The notes under the pieces: model-generated
What the model was told of the DNA's origin: nothing
What the model saw: the letters and a program-made list of their open reading frames with translations, nothing else
Database searches by the model: none
From: an uncultured delta proteobacterium
Lineage (GTDB): Bacteria > Myxococcota_A > Polyangia > Polyangiales > Polyangiaceae
Length of the DNA stretch: 64,000 nucleotides
Direction: 5' to 3'
Assembly: GCA_963806225.1 (NCBI GenBank)
Contig: CAWDXG010000004.1
Span: forward strand, 4,128,001 to 4,192,000
Made by a program: the position numbers and the translations under genes
Shown: in pieces, positions 52,276 through 62,719 of the stretch
Layout of the letters: each line of letters begins with the position of its first letter
How positions within the stretch are numbered: position 1 is the stretch's first letter

Positions 52276-53412
52276 TCATCCATCGGAAGGCGCGTCCGGC
52301 GGGTCGTGATAGTCGACTTCCACCCCGCGCGGGCTCGCGAACCGCGTGACGCCGGGCGAGCGGGCAACGACATAGTCGGGCCCGACGGGGACCTTTCCAA
52401 AGCCGCCGGGTGTGTCGACGATCAGCTTCGGCAGCGCGATACCGCTCAGGCGCCCGGTCAGCTCGCGCATGATCCTGACACCCGTATCCAGCGTTGTTCT
52501 GAGGTGCCCGGTGCCGCGCACCGGATCCGCCATCAACAGATAGTAGGGCCGGGCCCGCTGCCGCACCAAGCCGCGGAACAGCTCCGTCAGCACCGCGGCG
52601 TCGTCGTTCACGCCCCTGAGCAGCACGCTCTGGTTCATCACCGGGAAACCAGCGTCGGCCATGCGGCACAGCGCCGCGCGAGCCTCGGGCGTGAGCTCTT
52701 TCGGGTGGTTGAAGTGGGTCATCACCCACAGCGGATGGTGCGGAGCCAGCGCCCGGAGCAGCTCCGGCGTGATGCGTTGGGGCAACGCGACCGGCACCCG
52801 GGTGGCCAGGCGGATGGTTTCGACGCTGGGGATCTCGCGCAGCGCGGCGATCAAGCGGACCAGCCTCTCGGTGGCCATGGCCAGCGGATCGCCTCCGCTG
52901 ACGATCACGTCGCGGACCTCCGGGTGGGCGCGCAGATACGAAAGCGCGGGGGCCAGGCGCTCGAGGGAGCGCGGGCCGCCGCCAGCGCCGACCATCCGGC
53001 TACGCGTGCAGAAGCGACAGTAGACCGCACAGCGATCCGTAGCGAGAAGGAGCGCGCGATCGGGGTAGCGCTGGATCAGCTCCGGCGCGACCTCGTGCGC
53101 TTCCTCACCGAGAGGATCGCGAAGATCGCCCCGCACCTCGTCACCCTCGGGAAGCCGCGGCACGATCTGACGGCGGACGGGACAATCCGGGTCACGCGGA
53201 TCGCAGAGCGAGAGGTAGTAGGGAGTCACCGCGATCGGAAAGCCGGCAGCCTCGGCAGCCCGCGCTGCGGTCAGCTCGCCGGGGGTCAGCTCCAGCGCCT
53301 GCGCGAGCCCTTCCGCGGTGCGCACCGAGTTCCTGAGCTGCCAGCGCCAATCGGCCAGCTTCAGCGAACCCGCGCTACTTGTGCGGAGTGCCGCCGTCGG
53401 CGCCGGCCGCAT
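52276..53412 (-). CDS. KamA/EpmB-family radical SAM aminomutase
   Basis: DWRWQ, RYPDR, CAVYCRFCTR, SGGDPL, THFNHP and PGGFGK. Confidence 0.9.
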   Translation of the reverse strand: MRPAPTAALRTSSAGSLKLADWRWQLRNSVRTAEGLAQALELTPGELTAARAAEAAGFPIAVTPYYLSLCDPRDPDCPVRRQIVPRLPEGDEVRGDLRDPLGEEAHEVAPELIQRYPDRALLLATDRCAVYCRFCTRSRMVGAGGGPRSLERLAPALSYLRAHPEVRDVIVSGGDPLAMATERLVRLIAALREIPSVETIRLATRVPVALPQRITPELLRALAPHHPLWVMTHFNHPKELTPEARAALCRMADAGFPVMNQSVLLRGVNDDAAVLTELFRGLVRQRARPYYLLMADPVRGTGHLRTTLDTGVRIMRELTGRLSGIALPKLIVDTPGGFGKVPVGPDYVVARSPGVTRFASPRGVEVDYHDPPDAPSDG

Positions 53413-54460
53413 GGGCGTCCTTCCGCGAAATCGAGAGCTTGTCGAGCGCGGCTTCGTCGAGCTTCACGGGAAAGCGGGCGCGGAGCTTCTTCTCGAGCTT
53501 GGCCTCGGCGTCCCGGATCTTCTGCTGGGCAAGCGCCACACGAATGGTGCGCTCCGCTTCCTTGTAGGTCCGATCACGAGCGGCGGTCTTGCCCGTCATG
53601 CGCACGATGTAGACCTTGCCCTGCAGCTTGACGAGGCCGTCGTACACGTCGCCGACCTTGTCGATCTTGAACACGGCGGCGCGCACAGGATCGGGTACCC
53701 GCGGGTTGTCGCCGCGACCGGTGCCGGGCGGCGAAACGATGCCAAGATCCCCCGCCAGCTCCAGCGGCGCAGTGGCTGCCGGCTGCTTGGGCGCGTCGAG
53801 CGAGTACTTCTGTACCAACTTGCCCCACTCCATGGGGGTCGCCTTCAGCGCCATTTCCAGCACGTGCTTGGCCTCGGGCCCGTCCTTCAACGCGATATGC
53901 GCCACGCGGCGACGCTCGGGCTCGCGGAAATCGGCGCGATGCGAGTCGTAGTACGCGTGCAGCTCCTTGTCGGGAATGTCGGCGGGAGCGGGCATCCCGG
54001 CGCGCACCTCGCGCAGCAGCTCGTTGCGCAGCAGCTGCCGGATCCGTTCCTTCGTCTCGGGCTGCTGGTCCAGACCGCGGCGACGCGCTTCATCCGCCAG
54101 CAGCTGGACCTTGATCATCTCGTCGAGCAGCTGCTTCCTGCGATCCGGCGACTGGTACCTCAGTCGTTCGAACTGGTCCATCTGGTCGAGCGTCGCGGCA
54201 TACTGGCCCAGCGTGATCTCGTGGTCGCCCACTTTCGCCAGCACCTTGCCCGCCAACTCCGGACTGAGCCCGCCCGCTGCGCTCGCGGACGCGGCCGGCC
54301 CCGTCTTCTTCTGCAGAGGCTTGTCATTGCACGCCCCCAGCCCAACCACGGCCAGAGCGACGAGCGCCGCCTGCCACACGGCCCGGATCCGGGGGCCGCG
54401 GCGCTGCGGTCGGAGCGGACGCGGTCCCGTCCTGGGGAGATGGGGCGCGGAGTGCGTCAT
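53375..54460 (-). CDS. Parvulin (PpiC/PrsA-like) peptidyl-prolyl isomerase lipoprotein
   Basis: Lipobox LGAC; VLAKVGDHEIT, ERRRVAHI, KYSLD and GDLG. Confidence 0.85.
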   Translation of the reverse strand: MTHSAPHLPRTGPRPLRPQRRGPRIRAVWQAALVALAVVGLGACNDKPLQKKTGPAASASAAGGLSPELAGKVLAKVGDHEITLGQYAATLDQMDQFERLRYQSPDRRKQLLDEMIKVQLLADEARRRGLDQQPETKERIRQLLRNELLREVRAGMPAPADIPDKELHAYYDSHRADFREPERRRVAHIALKDGPEAKHVLEMALKATPMEWGKLVQKYSLDAPKQPAATAPLELAGDLGIVSPPGTGRGDNPRVPDPVRAAVFKIDKVGDVYDGLVKLQGKVYIVRMTGKTAARDRTYKEAERTIRVALAQQKIRDAEAKLEKKLRARFPVKLDEAALDKLSISRKDAHAAGADGGTPHK

Positions 54461-54549
54461 CGCGGGCGGAATACTACGGCCGGCCGGAGCATGCCAGGAG
54501 GACAGCAAGGCCCATTGCGGCCGAAGGGTCGGGAGGGTAAGCCTCCCGC

Positions 54550-55284
54550 GTGAAAAAAGACGCAGACTCGGGCCTCCACTACGAGCGCGTGGTCATCAAA
54601 CTGAGCGGCGAAGCGCTCTGCGGCAAAGAAGGCGGATCGGGCATCGACACCGCCACACTCAAATCGACCGCGACCGAGCTCGCCGAGGTCCACTCGACAG
54701 GTGTGCAGATCGGCATCGTGGTCGGAGGGGGCAACATCTTCCGCGGTCTGCGCGGCGCCAGCGAAGGCATGGACCGTGCCCAGAGCGATTACATGGGAAT
54801 GCTCGCAACCGTCATCAACTCTCTGGCGCTGCAGGACGCTCTGGAGCGCTCGGGCGTGCCGACCCGGGTGATGACCGCGATCGAGATCCGTCAGGTCGCC
54901 GAGCCGTACATCCGTCGCCGTGCCATGCGGCACCTGGAGCGCGGGCACGTGGTGGTATTCGGCGCCGGCACCGGAAATCCGTACTTTTCGACCGATACAG
55001 CGGCCGCCCTCAGGGCCATGGAGATCCGCGCAGACGGCTTGTTCAAGGCCACCAAGGTCGAGGGCATCTACGACCGCGATCCAGCTCGGGATTCCACCGC
55101 GACCATGCTGCAACGGGTCAGCTATGACCGCTTCCTGGCGGACCACCTGGGCGTGATGGACTCGACAGCAGTGGCGCTCTGTCGGGAAAATGGCATGCCC
55201 ATACGCGTCTTCAAGATGGTCCCCGGCAACATCAAGCGTGTCTGCCTCGGAGAAAACGTGGGCACCACGGTATCGCAGGGCTGA
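54550..55284 (+). CDS. pyrH: UMP kinase
   Basis: [36 protein letters not shown] and MDSTA. Confidence 0.96.
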   Translation: MKKDADSGLHYERVVIKLSGEALCGKEGGSGIDTATLKSTATELAEVHSTGVQIGIVVGGGNIFRGLRGASEGMDRAQSDYMGMLATVINSLALQDALERSGVPTRVMTAIEIRQVAEPYIRRRAMRHLERGHVVVFGAGTGNPYFSTDTAAALRAMEIRADGLFKATKVEGIYDRDPARDSTATMLQRVSYDRFLADHLGVMDSTAVALCRENGMPIRVFKMVPGNIKRVCLGENVGTTVSQG

Positions 55285-55409
55285 GCGCCGCATCGGCACG
55301 CCATCCTGGACCAGCGCTGTCGGCATGACAGTCGACGGTCTAGTACTTGACCCTTGTCATGGTCGCCCCAACATCTCGATAACCTAGGTGCTAACCTGCC
55401 CGGAGCCGT

Positions 55410-57761
55410 ATGTGGGACTCAATCCCTGACCTCGGAACGGGGATCCTTTATGCGATCCTCGTAGTTGCAGCCTACACTTTTGCGGTCGCTCTGGCCGCTG
55501 GGAAGGGCCGCCCACGACTACTGGAATCCGCTCGTCGCGGCGCCTACGCGACATCGGGTCTGGTCGCCCTGGGCGTGCTGCTTCTTGCGTACGCGTTCGT
55601 CACGCACGACTTCCGGATCCGGTACGTCGCGCACTACAGCGACCGCTCCATGAGCACGGGCTACCTGTTCGCTTCGCTGTGGGGCGGACAGGACGGATCG
55701 ATCCTGTGGTGGTTGTTCCTGATGAGCCTGTACATCGCCGCCTGCGTGCGCTGGCTCAAAGGCCGCTACCGGGAGCTCCAGCCCTACGTGATCGCGACGC
55801 TGATGGTGATCGTCAGCTTCTTCGCGATCCTGATGCTGTTCGCGGCCAACCCGTTCGCGACCAGCGTCGCCGGCGCGCGGGTCGATGGCGAAGGCCTCAA
55901 TCCGCTCCTGCAGAACTACTGGATGATCATCCATCCGCCGGCGCTCTACGCCGGTTTCGTTGGCTGCTCGATCCCGTTCGCCTTCGCCATGGCGGCACTC
56001 GTCACCGGAAGGCTCGACAACGAATGGATCAACGCGGTCCGCAAGTGGATGCTCTTCGCCTGGATCTTCCTCACCATCGGCAACTGCCTGGGCATGGTGT
56101 GGGCCTACGAAGAGCTCGGCTGGGGCGGCTACTGGGCGTGGGACCCGGTGGAGAACGCCGCCTGCCTGCCGTGGTTCGTGGCCAGCGCCTACATCCATTC
56201 GACGATGATCCAGGAACGCCGCAACATGCTCAAGGTGTGGAACGTGGTGCTCATCTGCATCACGTTCTTCCTGACCATCCTCGGCACATTCCTGACGCGA
56301 TCCGGGCTCATCGCCAGCGTGCACGCGTTCGCGCAGAGCAGCATCGGCATCTACTTCGTGTGGTTCATGGGCTTCATCGTCGCCGCCTGCGCCGGCCTCA
56401 TCGTCTGGCGGCTGCCGCTGCTCCGGAACAAGAACCAGGCCAACATCGAAACGGTCGCCAGTCGCGAGGCGATGTTCGTGGTCAACAACTGGGCGCTGCT
56501 CGGTGCCGCCACCTTCATCCTCGGCGCCACGCTCTTCCCCAAGATCAGCCAGTGGCTCTGGCACGAGACGGTCACCGTGGGGCCGCCCTTCTTCAACCGC
56601 TGGATGGCGCCCATCGGCCTGCTGATCTTCGCCCTGATGGGGCTCGCGCCGTTGTTCGGCTGGCGCAAGACCAGCAAGTCCGCCCTGAAGAAGGCCTTCA
56701 TCTTCCCGCTCGCGGCAGCGGTCACTGCCGGGCTGTTGCACATCGCGTTCGGCAAGGCGCTGGCTCTGCCTGCATGGGTACCCAACGATCGCTTCTATCC
56801 CGGCTTCGTCGGCACGGTCCTGCAGCAGCTCGGTTCCATCGCGCCGCTCATCGTGGTCGTGCTAGCGGGCTTCAACGTCGCCGTGATTGTCCAGGAGTTC
56901 TGGCGCGGCATTCGCGCGCGGCGCTCCGCCGCCGCCAAGCGTGAAGAGTCCGAGGGCGTCCTGACAGCTCTCCTCCACCTGGTGGAGAAGAACCGACGGC
57001 GCTACGGCGGCTACATCGTCCACTTCGGCATCGTTCTCCTGTTCCTCGGCTTCACGGGCCGTTCCTGGCGCATCGACAAGGAAACCAGCCTGCTTCCCGG
57101 CCAGAGCACGACGATCGGCGAATACAAGGTGACCTACAAGGGCCCGCGCATGGAGGTCGACGAGACCAAGCGGATGATCTTCGCGGACCTGCAGATCGAG
57201 AAGAACGGGAAGCCCTACGGCATGCTGCACCCGGCCAAGTTCATCTACAAGAAGTCGCACCAGCCGACGACCGAAGTCAGCATGCTGCGCGGCTTCCGTG
57301 ACGACCTGTACACGGTTGTGGGCAACGCGAACCCACAGACGAAACGGACTACGTTCCAGATGCACGTCAATCCGCTCACCGACTGGATCTGGTTCGGCGT
57401 GATGATCATGATCGGCGGCGCGGCCATCTCGCTCTGGCCCGAACTCGGCTACCGGGAGGTGGGCGCCTGGGCGTACGTGCGAGGCGCTGCGGGTGTCGCC
57501 ACCGGCATCATGATCGCGATCATGATCGCGGCACTGCCGTCGAGCGCCTACGCCTCGACCACAAACCGGCAGGTTTCCAGCTCGATCCGCGGGCAGCCCA
57601 GCGTGCTGATGCGGGGGGGCAAGGTTCCAGGTGGGATCTTGTTCGGGTCGGGTCTAGCACCCATGATCGGCGCGATGCTTGGCATCGCGGCCAGCGTCGA
57701 GAGGCGCAAGAGAAAGCCCGCACCAGATGACGACCAGGATGCCGGACGAGACGACGGCTAG
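55410..57761 (+). CDS. ccmF: Cytochrome c heme lyase, CcmF/NrfE family
   Basis: GLNPLLQ, HPP, WAYEELGWGGYWAWDPVENA (WWD), SVHAF and GGYIVHFG. Confidence 0.95.
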   Translation: MWDSIPDLGTGILYAILVVAAYTFAVALAAGKGRPRLLESARRGAYATSGLVALGVLLLAYAFVTHDFRIRYVAHYSDRSMSTGYLFASLWGGQDGSILWWLFLMSLYIAACVRWLKGRYRELQPYVIATLMVIVSFFAILMLFAANPFATSVAGARVDGEGLNPLLQNYWMIIHPPALYAGFVGCSIPFAFAMAALVTGRLDNEWINAVRKWMLFAWIFLTIGNCLGMVWAYEELGWGGYWAWDPVENAACLPWFVASAYIHSTMIQERRNMLKVWNVVLICITFFLTILGTFLTRSGLIASVHAFAQSSIGIYFVWFMGFIVAACAGLIVWRLPLLRNKNQANIETVASREAMFVVNNWALLGAATFILGATLFPKISQWLWHETVTVGPPFFNRWMAPIGLLIFALMGLAPLFGWRKTSKSALKKAFIFPLAAAVTAGLLHIAFGKALALPAWVPNDRFYPGFVGTVLQQLGSIAPLIVVVLAGFNVAVIVQEFWRGIRARRSAAAKREESEGVLTALLHLVEKNRRRYGGYIVHFGIVLLFLGFTGRSWRIDKETSLLPGQSTTIGEYKVTYKGPRMEVDETKRMIFADLQIEKNGKPYGMLHPAKFIYKKSHQPTTEVSMLRGFRDDLYTVVGNANPQTKRTTFQMHVNPLTDWIWFGVMIMIGGAAISLWPELGYREVGAWAYVRGAAGVATGIMIAIMIAALPSSAYASTTNRQVSSSIRGQPSVLMRGGKVPGGILFGSGLAPMIGAMLGIAASVERRKRKPAPDDDQDAGRDDG

Positions 57762-58602
57762 CCAGAACGGCAGCGCCATCAACGACAGAATCGAACGCCT
57801 GCTCCAGAGCAGAATTCTGCGCTGGCTCGCGGCGCCCGTCGTTGTGCTCATCGCAATCGTCGTGGGCCAGTATCGCGGCTTGCCGGTCGCAGTGCTGGTG
57901 CTCGCCTGCGGCATGCTCTTGTTGGTCATCTGGCTGCTCTGGAACAGCCTGCAGGGGCTGACGGGCGAAACCCCGATGTCACTCGAGGAAGCGCTGGGAC
58001 TCGGCGCGCCCAGTGCCGAGGAAGAGCAGAAGCGAGCGGTACTGCGCGCGCTCAAGGACCTCGAGTACGAGCGCAGCGTGGGCAAGATCAGCGATGAGGA
58101 CTACACGGCTCTGACCTCGCGCTACCGCACCGAAGCGAAGGTCCTCTTGCGATCGCTCGACGAGAACCTCGCCCCGAACCGCGATCTCGCCGAGAAGCTG
58201 CTCGAACAGAGGCTGGCGGAGGAAACGCCGGGCGGCACGCCGAGCCGGGGACGCGCCGAAAAGAAGAAGAAGAAGAAGAGCAAGGAATCGCGACCGGCTG
58301 ACGAAGAGCCGGAGGCAGCGGACATCCCCGACGAGGAAGAAGAGGCGGAAGCCACGAGCGCCCCCGAGCCCGAGCTGCCTGCCGAAAAACCGGAGGCGGC
58401 GAGTGGCACCCCCGCCGCGCGCAAACCCACACGCCGCTGCGACAAATGCGAGACCCGCAACGACCTCGACGCCCGCTTCTGCAAGGGCTGCGGAGCCGCC
58501 ATGGCAGCGGAGGACCAGGCGCTGTGCAGCTCCTGCCCGGCGCTCTACGACAAGTCACTCGACGCCTGCCCCGACTGCGGCGTTCCCCGGGAGGACGCAT
58601 GA
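57727..58602 (+). CDS. Membrane protein with CcmI-like helix and double zinc ribbon
   Basis: Two TM helices; ALKDLEYERSVGKISDEDY; CDKC, CKGC, CSSC and CPDC. Confidence 0.75.
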   Translation: MTTRMPDETTASQNGSAINDRIERLLQSRILRWLAAPVVVLIAIVVGQYRGLPVAVLVLACGMLLLVIWLLWNSLQGLTGETPMSLEEALGLGAPSAEEEQKRAVLRALKDLEYERSVGKISDEDYTALTSRYRTEAKVLLRSLDENLAPNRDLAEKLLEQRLAEETPGGTPSRGRAEKKKKKKSKESRPADEEPEAADIPDEEEEAEATSAPEPELPAEKPEAASGTPAARKPTRRCDKCETRNDLDARFCKGCGAAMAAEDQALCSSCPALYDKSLDACPDCGVPREDA

Positions 58603-60062
58603 CACACCACTGGAAGGCCAGGACCGTGCTGTTGGTGTTCATGGCCGCGCTGCCCGCGGCCGCCCAGCAGGCTCCGGCCGCTTCGCCGACGGCTTCTGCC
58701 ATCAACGGCCACCTGGAGAAGAAGCCCGCGCCGGCGCCCGCTGGGTCGGCCGCGCCAAAGACGCCGGCACCCGCAGCGGATGACTCGGCCGACGACGACT
58801 CCGGCTCGACCCAGGACCTGCCCCCCGGTCACCCCAGCATCGCCCCCGGAACCCAGGCGACCAAGGGGTCCGGTTTCCAGCCGCCTCCCGACATCGCCCA
58901 ACCGGACGCACAGGTACCGATAGACACCATCAAGGTGCAGATCCTCGACAAGGACGGCCATCCGGTACCGAACACGAAAGTCAAGCTGGGCATCCTCCAG
59001 CAAAGCATCGCCGAGGGCGAATCGCACGCCGCCAGGTCCGGCACGACCGATCGGGAAGGCCATATCCAGTTCGACGGTCTGGAGGCGGCAAGCGGCATCA
59101 GCTACCGCGTGAGCGTACCGGAGGGCCGCGCCACCTACGCCACCGATCCCTTCGTGCTGAAGAAGACGATGGGGCAGCGCGTGGTGCTGCACGTGTATCC
59201 GTCCACCGACGACATCCGAGCAGCGATGGTGGGCATGCGCGGCTTCGGCTACATCCAGCCGCGCGACGATGCCTACCAGCTCGAGTTCATGTTCCAGATC
59301 TACAACATCGGTCCCATTACCTGGGTGCCGAAGGACGTGCATATCGATCTGCCTCACGGCTGGAAGGCGTTCGTTGCCGACAAGAGCATGAGCGACACGC
59401 GCGTGGTCGCCGACGGAGACTCCGGCATCAAGCTGGAAGGGACGTTCTCACCTGGGCAGCACCAGATCGGCTTCCGCTTCCAGGTGCCCAACGACCACGA
59501 TGCGACCACCAGCTTCAGCATGGGCATGCCCCCGCACATGGCCTCGATGCAGATGGTGGTGGAGAGCGCTCCGGGCATGAGCATGAACATTGCGGGATTC
59601 GGGCCTGCCCAACCGGCAACCAACAACAACGGGCAGCGCGTGCTGGTCGCCGCCCGCCAGCTCCAGCAGGGCGAGCCGCAGATGAACCAGCTGTCGATCA
59701 CACTGGCGGGCGTTCCCACACCGCCCGCGGGTCGCTGGTACGCGGTGGTCATCGCTTTTTCGCTCGGTCTGGTCGGTCTCGGCATTGCGCTGGGTCGGTC
59801 GAAGAACGAGACGAAGCGCGCAGCAGCCGTCGCACAGCGCGATATCGAACAGTCACGGCAGCTACTGCTCGACGAGCTCGTCGCGCTGGAACACGCCAAG
59901 CGACGCGAACAGATAGGTCCCCGCACCTACGAGCGCACGCGCCGCACCCTGCTCGATGCCCTGGCCCGTCTCGAAGCCATGACCATGCGGGGGTCCGACA
60001 AGGCTTCGAAGCGCAAGCCAGGCGGTACGCGGCACAGCGGCCGTGCCGCGGTGGAGCGCTAG
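58599..60062 (+). CDS. Exported/membrane-anchored protein with Ig-like/carboxypeptidase-regulatory-like domains
   Basis: Signal peptide; LPPGHP motif; TTDREG beta-sandwich; C-terminal TM and helical tail. Confidence 0.7.
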   Translation: MTHHWKARTVLLVFMAALPAAAQQAPAASPTASAINGHLEKKPAPAPAGSAAPKTPAPAADDSADDDSGSTQDLPPGHPSIAPGTQATKGSGFQPPPDIAQPDAQVPIDTIKVQILDKDGHPVPNTKVKLGILQQSIAEGESHAARSGTTDREGHIQFDGLEAASGISYRVSVPEGRATYATDPFVLKKTMGQRVVLHVYPSTDDIRAAMVGMRGFGYIQPRDDAYQLEFMFQIYNIGPITWVPKDVHIDLPHGWKAFVADKSMSDTRVVADGDSGIKLEGTFSPGQHQIGFRFQVPNDHDATTSFSMGMPPHMASMQMVVESAPGMSMNIAGFGPAQPATNNNGQRVLVAARQLQQGEPQMNQLSITLAGVPTPPAGRWYAVVIAFSLGLVGLGIALGRSKNETKRAAAVAQRDIEQSRQLLLDELVALEHAKRREQIGPRTYERTRRTLLDALARLEAMTMRGSDKASKRKPGGTRHSGRAAVER

Positions 60063-60432
60063 CCGGACGGGTCTACGGATCCAGCGTCACCGGAATAGTG
60101 TCTTCCACAGCCTGGGGACAACCTCGGGAAAAGACTGCGGATGAGATCGGTGTGGCCAGGGGACGAGGCGGCAGGGGGAGAGTTGTACCCAATGCACCTA
60201 CAGTTGCACACCTTCTCGCATCCCCAGGGGGTGAGACCCTATTCAACTGTAGATACAGACACCTAGCGAGTTTTCCACCCCGTCCACAGGCCCTACGTCT
60301 ACGACGATATTTCTTAAATATAGAGGATCTGATCGGAGAGTCCTGGTCCCTGTTCCGGCCTGCTGGCCAGATGATCGCTGAAGCTTCCAGGGCCCCTAGC
60401 GGCGCCCGCCGTCACCGGGTACAGGTCATGCA
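60063..60432. other. Probable chromosomal replication origin (oriC)
   Basis: Non-coding gap before dnaN with degenerate DnaA boxes (60101, 60113, 60136, 60271, 60280), GGCCC, DnaA-trio-like run and AT-rich tract. Confidence 0.8.
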
Positions 60433-61582
60433 ATGCACGTTGTTGTCAGCAAGAAGGACCTGCTCCGTATCCTGGGCCGCTGCCAGGGCGTTGCAGACAA
60501 GAAGAGCACAATGCCGGTGCTCGGAAACGTGCTGCTCGAGGTCGACGGTCCGGATCAGCTCAAGCTTGCTGCAACCGACCTGCTGCTCGCGGTGAGCGGA
60601 CGAATCCACGCTGACGTCGACAAGGGCGGAGCTATTGCCGTCGGTGCGCGCGATCTGTTCGAACGCGTCCGGATGATGCCCGAAGGGCAGATCAGCATCT
60701 CCACGACGGAAGGTGCGGCGACGACCATCCGCGCACTGGATTCCGCGCGGCGCTACACGTTGCACGGCATACCCGGTGAAGAATTTCCCAGCCTGCCCCA
60801 GCCCGACGAGAACGCCCCGGTGCTGGCTCTCGACGCCGACACGCTTTCGAACCTGATCTCCTCGACGCATTTCTCGATCTCCACGGACGAGACCCGCCTG
60901 CACCTGAACAGTGCGTTGTTCGAGTGGGACGGCGAGCGCGTGCGGATGGTCACGACCGACGGCCACCGGCTCAGCAAGATGGAAGTCCAGGTGCCGGGCA
61001 AGCAGGCGACCGCCACCATGCTGATTCCGCTCAAGGGTGTGCTGGAGCTGAAGCGTCTATGCGACGAGGCTCGCGGCGAGGGCGGCAGGGGCGATGAAGC
61101 TGCTCCGCCCATCAAGATGATCCAGAGCGGCCCCAACGCTTTCTTCCAGCTCGCGGGCTTGTCGTTCAGCGTCAAGCTCGTAGACGCGCAGTTTCCGCCC
61201 TACCAGCAGGTGATACCCGAGACGTTCGGAACGTGCCATCCGGGCGCCACGGCTGGCCCTCGCCGACGCTCTGAAGGCCGTCTCGATCGCTGCCAGTGAT
61301 CGCACGGGCGGCGTCAAGTTGACGCTGGGCTCGGGCAAGATGCGTTTCGAGAGCGAGAGCCCGGAAAGCGGCGAGGGTTTCGACGAGGTGCTCGTCGAAT
61401 ACGATGGGCCCGACGTGACCATCGGCTTCAACGCGCGGTACTTCCTCGATGTCCTCGGAGCGATTGACGACGAGGAAATCATCCTCGGCGTCAGCGGCGA
61501 GCTCGACCCCGCGGTGCTCAGGCCCGGGACGGAGAGCGCGACCTCGAGCTATCTGTCCGTCATCATGCCGATGCGCATCTAG
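60433..61582 (+). CDS. dnaN: DNA polymerase III beta clamp, +1 frameshift at 61225-61226
   Basis: KSTMPVLGNVL, ATDL, TTDGHRL and FPPYQQVIP; then IGFNARYFLD and VIMPMRI. Confidence 0.95.
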
Positions 61583-61606
61583 CGCTCGCCGCTTCGGTCG
61601 CGGGCC

Positions 61607-62719
61607 ATGACGACATCCGCCGCCCGTATCGTCTTCGAGCGCGTGGCGGTGCGCGCTTTCCGCAACATCGCGACGCTGGACTTCGAACCCGCGCCGCGAC
61701 TGAACGTGATTGCGGGTGACAACGGGCAGGGCAAGACGAGCCTCCTCGAAGCACTCTACTTCGTAGCGACCAGCCGTAGCTTTCGGGCCGACCGGCTTCG
61801 CGAGCTGGTCCAGGACGGCACCGAGCACGGCGTCGTACGCGCCTGGATCGACGAGGCTGGCCTGCGACGCGAACAGCGCGCCAGTACCGGGCTGCGGAGT
61901 CGGTCCTTCCAGATCGACGGCAAGCGCCCGGCGCGTCTGTCAGCCTACGCCACGCGCACTCCGGTCGTCGTGTTCCACCCTGGTGATCTCGAGCTCGCGA
62001 GCGGATCGGCAGCCATCCGACGGACGTTGCTCGATCGCGTCGCCTTGTTTCTCGATCCTACCAGCGGTGACGATCGGCTTCGCTACACGCGTGCGCTGCG
62101 CGAACGCCAGCGCACTCTCGACGAGCGCGGCACGGCCGCGCCCGAGCTCCACGCCTTCGAGCAGCTGATGGCGGAGCATGGCGCGCGCTTCAGTCGTGCG
62201 CGCGCCCGCGCAGCCGGCGCCATCGCCGACGCGCTCGGCCCCGCATTTTCCCGGATGGCCGCGCCGGACCTACCGCTCGAGATCCACTACCTCCCCGGCG
62301 GCTCCGACGACCCGCAGCTGTTCCAGACCGAGCTCGCACAGCGGCGTCCACAGGATCTGCGCCGACGCAAGGCCAGCTTCGGGCCCCAACGCGACGAACT
62401 GGAGCTCGTTGTCAACGGCCGCTCGGCGCGCCATCACGCTTCCCAGGGTCAGCAGCGGATCCTCGCGCTGGCGCTCAAGATTGCCGAGCTCGATTGCGTG
62501 CGACAGGCAAGGGGCGCCCACCCAGTGCTGCTGCTCGACGACGTTTCCAGCGAGCTGGATCCGACCCGCACCGGTGCGGTGTACGAGTTTCTACGCGAGA
62601 CCCGGAGCCAGGTTTTCGTCACCACGACCCGCCCGGAGCTGTTCACCACGCCGGACGTCGTGGGCGACGAGCGCGCCGACTGGACCATCGCCGGGGGCCA
62701 GCTGGTGGGCCCCGGCTAG
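61607..62719 (+). CDS. recF: DNA replication/repair protein RecF
   Basis: FRN, GDNGQGKTSLLEA, SQGQQR and LLLDDVSSELD. Confidence 0.95.
   Translation: MTTSAARIVFERVAVRAFRNIATLDFEPAPRLNVIAGDNGQGKTSLLEALYFVATSRSFRADRLRELVQDGTEHGVVRAWIDEAGLRREQRASTGLRSRSFQIDGKRPARLSAYATRTPVVVFHPGDLELASGSAAIRRTLLDRVALFLDPTSGDDRLRYTRALRERQRTLDERGTAAPELHAFEQLMAEHGARFSRARARAAGAIADALGPAFSRMAAPDLPLEIHYLPGGSDDPQLFQTELAQRRPQDLRRRKASFGPQRDELELVVNGRSARHHASQGQQRILALALKIAELDCVRQARGAHPVLLLDDVSSELDPTRTGAVYEFLRETRSQVFVTTTRPELFTTPDVVGDERADWTIAGGQLVGPG

Noticed and set aside
60098..60595. 165-aa ORF upstream of dnaN as a dnaA remnant
   Set aside because: No AAA+ or DnaA domain IV motifs; it spans the origin-like non-coding region
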